Positions 61,707-64,000 of a stretch of DNA of 64,000 nucleotides are shown in pieces (within the stretch, counting starts at the first letter, position 1; every line of letters begins with the position of its first letter). The DNA is from Bacillota bacterium. GTDB taxonomy: Bacteria; Bacillota; Limnochordia; Darwinibacteriales; Darwinibacteriaceae. Below the pieces are notes generated by a model. That model searched no databases. It saw only the letters and a program-made list of their open reading frames with translations, and had not been told where the DNA came from. The DNA lies in assembly GCA_012518325.1 (NCBI GenBank), contig JAAYSR010000234.1, positions 3,011 to 67,010 on the forward strand, read 5' to 3'. Position numbers and translations under genes: made by a program.

Positions 61707-63040
61707 TTTATGCTTTGCCGCGCCCTTTCCAGGGCACGCTTTAGATGTTCCCTGTAAGGGCCATGATGCTCTGTAGATTCAAGGGCCTGCTCCAGGAAGG
61801 TTACTGCTTCTTCACCGCCATAACGGCCGATTGAGACTGCCATTTGGGCCTTTTCCTCGTTCTCCTCGGGATAATGTTCGAACATTTCCCTTAGCAAACT
61901 CCATCTGCGCTTAGTCGGAGGCCCGTGGGAGAGAAAGAGGGCCAGATAAGGCAACAAAGGGGAATCGCGGTTTGCCCGCACAAAACGCCGAATGGCCGGC
62001 AACTCCTTGCCGCCAAAAGACTTAAGCAGACTCCAGCATTCGAAATACAGGGGATCATCCGGGTCAAGATCAACCAGGATTTGCAGAATCAAATCACTCA
62101 CTTCAACAAGTGACCACCTGTGGCAGTACACGAGCAGCCTGATCAGAAAACTTGGGTTAATGTCCGGGTTCACCACCCGAGCCCCTAGAATCTTCAGAAT
62201 CAGATCCACAACCTGCTCATCCGGCTCCGCATCAATGTGTTCAAAGCCGGAAAAAAGGCTTTCGAAGAAATAGTCGTACTTATCCCTGTCCAGCACCGTA
62301 TTGAAATCTGTGTAGCCGGACCCGCCCTGGCGGAAGTTGCGGAAAACGCCCAGGTCTGACACTATGTTCCCTTTCACTATTGTGCGTTTTTGCCGCTCAG
62401 TGGCAATGTCCTCAAGGGGAAAGTTGAAGTAGGGTGTGACCTTGAAATTGTTCATCAAGGTCTGCAGCCCCTGGATCACCACCTGAACGCGGGGGTGGCT
62501 GATTTTCAGCCAAATAGGCCGCAAGGGTGCTCCCCGCAGCATCCTAGCTCCTGCACGGCCCAGGATCAGGTTGAGATTTTGCTCAAGATGATTGTCCCTT
62601 TTCTGCAGGAGCTGATGCGCTTCCTCCAATATCTGATCCAGATCAGCTTCATCAGTGTCGGCCTGAGAGCTGTAGCACTGCATCATCTGCCCATAGGCCT
62701 GCATCCGCAAACGTGTCTGCAACCCTGCTCCCTGCAGAAAATTGTCCACCACATACTGAACATCCAGGGGAAACTGGAATTTATTCAAATCAGTAAACAG
62801 TCCGTCTACTAAACTCTGCAACTCTGCGTAGGCTTCCTGTAGCTCCGCCTCTCCTTTGAGGGCGGCACCCAGCATCACCACAACTGCCAGCAACTCCAGG
62901 GACGCGCTGAAAGCAGCCAGCATCAAGTCCCGCTCGTAGAAAAACATGCTTTCCTTGATCTCGAGGCAGGCCGCGACAAACCCATCTATTGTAGTAATCT
63001 CTTTGACTTCTTCCATGAGTTCTTGATAATCTCTCAGCAA
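61703..63040 (-). CDS. Hypothetical 445-aa protein, helical-repeat-like, function unknown
   Basis: A long ORF with coding-like composition. Its stop overlaps the queG stop by 4 nt in convergent orientation. I recognised no catalytic motif. Confidence 0.55.
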   Translation of the reverse strand: MLRDYQELMEEVKEITTIDGFVAACLEIKESMFFYERDLMLAAFSASLELLAVVVMLGAALKGEAELQEAYAELQSLVDGLFTDLNKFQFPLDVQYVVDNFLQGAGLQTRLRMQAYGQMMQCYSSQADTDEADLDQILEEAHQLLQKRDNHLEQNLNLILGRAGARMLRGAPLRPIWLKISHPRVQVVIQGLQTLMNNFKVTPYFNFPLEDIATERQKRTIVKGNIVSDLGVFRNFRQGGSGYTDFNTVLDRDKYDYFFESLFSGFEHIDAEPDEQVVDLILKILGARVVNPDINPSFLIRLLVYCHRWSLVEVSDLILQILVDLDPDDPLYFECWSLLKSFGGKELPAIRRFVRANRDSPLLPYLALFLSHGPPTKRRWSLLREMFEHYPEENEEKAQMAVSIGRYGGEEAVTFLEQALESTEHHGPYREHLKRALERARQSIN

Positions 63041-63055
63041 ATGAGCATCCCACCT

Positions 63056-63496
63056 CTATCCCTTGGTTTCAATAGCCCCGCGGGCCAGCGCATCGCAGCG
63101 ATTGTTAAACTTATTATCACTATGGCCCTTGACTTTAATCCACTCAATATCGTGAGTCTCACTCAAAGCAATCAGCCTGCGCCACAGATCAGCGTTGCTG
63201 ACCGGCTCCTTTTTTGCGTTGAGCCAGCCGTTTCTTTGCCAGTTTTCAATCCAGCCCTGGTTGAAGGCGTTGACCAAGTAAGCGCTGTCCGAATAGAGTT
63301 TCACTTTGCAGGGCCTCTTTAGGCTGCCCAGCGCTTCAATGGCCGCCAGGAGCTCCATACGCTGATTGGTAGTTGCCTCGCTGAATCCGGACATTTCCTT
63401 TTCATGACTGCCATAGCGCAAAATTGCTCCCCAGCCCCCCGGTCCAGGATTGCCGCTGCATGCCCCGTCTGTGTAAATTGTCACTTCTGGCTTCAT
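63056..63496 (-). CDS. rnhA: Ribonuclease HI
   Basis: 146 aa. IYTDGACSGNPGPGGWG, TNQRMEL and the catalytic DEDD residues are present. Confidence 0.93.
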   Translation of the reverse strand: MKPEVTIYTDGACSGNPGPGGWGAILRYGSHEKEMSGFSEATTNQRMELLAAIEALGSLKRPCKVKLYSDSAYLVNAFNQGWIENWQRNGWLNAKKEPVSNADLWRRLIALSETHDIEWIKVKGHSDNKFNNRCDALARGAIETKG

Positions 63497-63538
63497 ATCT
63501 TCACCTGCCTTTGGGCATACCCTCTTCAGCCCCTTTAT

Positions 63539-63567
63539 TTGGCACGTTCGGGAGAAAATGATACAAT
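63539..63567 (+). promoter_or_regulatory. Strong sigma-A-like promoter (TTGGCA-17-TACAAT)
   Basis: TTGGCA at 63539-63544 and TACAAT at 63562-63567. The promoter lies about 48 nt upstream of the following ATG. Confidence 0.5.
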
Positions 63568-63614
63568 ATTAATCATATCATACTATACATTTGTTTGTAT
63601 TTGGAGAGAGAATA

Positions 63615-64000
63615 ATGAAGGAGAATCTTGAAAAAATAACGCAAGGCACAGAACACGTTGGACAATCTTGTATTTTCTGCCAACAGCAGTTCAGGGACAC
63701 AGACGAAGTCGTAGCTTGTCCCCGCTGCCGCAGCGCCCATCATGTCCAGTGCTGGAAAGAAAAGGGGGGCTGCGGCAAGACAGGGTGTCCCCAGACAGCT
63801 CAGGCCGTCAGGGGCGAACGTCCTGCAGGGGACGGCCCCCCTCCTCCTGTTTCCAAGACAGCGGTCATTCTAGGCGCTGCAGCTGTACTTGCCGTGATTC
63901 TTGCAGTCATTTTCTGGCCCAAACCCCCTGACCCAGCCATGGGCCGCACCAAGATCACAGTCATGGGAGAGGCCTACTTTGAACTCAACGAAGTCATGTC
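63615..64000 (+). CDS. Partial CDS for a membrane-anchored zinc-ribbon (Cys/His-rich) protein. It continues beyond the window and is absent from the ORF track
   Basis: ATG at 63615 lies after GGAGAGAG. The frame stays open to the window edge. It reads MKENLEKITQGTEHVGQSCIFCQQQFRDTDEVVACPRCRSAHHVQCWKEKGGCGKTGCPQ, then a Pro-rich linker, then a TM helix AVILGAAAVLAVILAVIFW. Confidence 0.6.
   Translation, partial: MKENLEKITQGTEHVGQSCIFCQQQFRDTDEVVACPRCRSAHHVQCWKEKGGCGKTGCPQTAQAVRGERPAGDGPPPPVSKTAVILGAAAVLAVILAVIFWPKPPDPAMGRTKITVMGEAYFELNEVM

Overview
This 64 kb window reads as a core chromosomal segment of a moderately GC-rich, spore-forming Firmicute of the Clostridia type, with a Bacillus-like gene repertoire. 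It is densely coding and mostly on the minus strand. I found no CRISPR array, IS element or integrase.

RNA genes:
- a minus-strand tRNA cluster (His, Arg, Gly, Pro) at the 5' end
- a tmRNA gene (ssrA) immediately after smpB that the ORF track cannot show

Main protein-coding blocks:
- rdgB-rph, fused into one operon with a fumarase beta-type gene, a murD-like ligase and murI, next to gerM and a large multidomain amidase
- a LacI-regulated GH1 beta-glucosidase, divergent from a five-gene Opp/Dpp-type ABC transporter
- the glycolytic cggR-gap-pgk-tpiA-gpmI-eno operon, with a recognisable CggR direct-repeat operator
- whiA, a VanW-domain gene and yvcK, followed by nagB-nagA
- an orphan polar amino-acid ABC pair with no ATPase gene
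- a DnaD-like/DnaI-like replication pair
- alr-nnr-acpS-glmM-cdaR-cdaA
- cwlD, deoC, glpP, glpK, a 5-formyl-THF cyclo-ligase and two M16 peptidases
- a compact addA-addB in which both nuclease domains carry the Cx2Cx5C iron-staple cysteines
- a Cof hydrolase and a Ski2-like helicase
- selO, nfu, queG, a 445-aa hypothetical, rnhA, and a partial zinc-ribbon membrane protein running off the 3' end

The points I rate most worth follow-up:
- the murI/murD-like/fumarase-beta insertion into the conserved gerM-rph-rdgB neighbourhood
- the Fe-S motifs in both AddAB subunits
- the Ski2-like helicase
- the predicted beta-glucoside-oligosaccharide ABC locus
- the VanW insertion into the yvcK-whiA block
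- a hairpin that would sequester the glpK ribosome-binding site
- several start-codon reassignments
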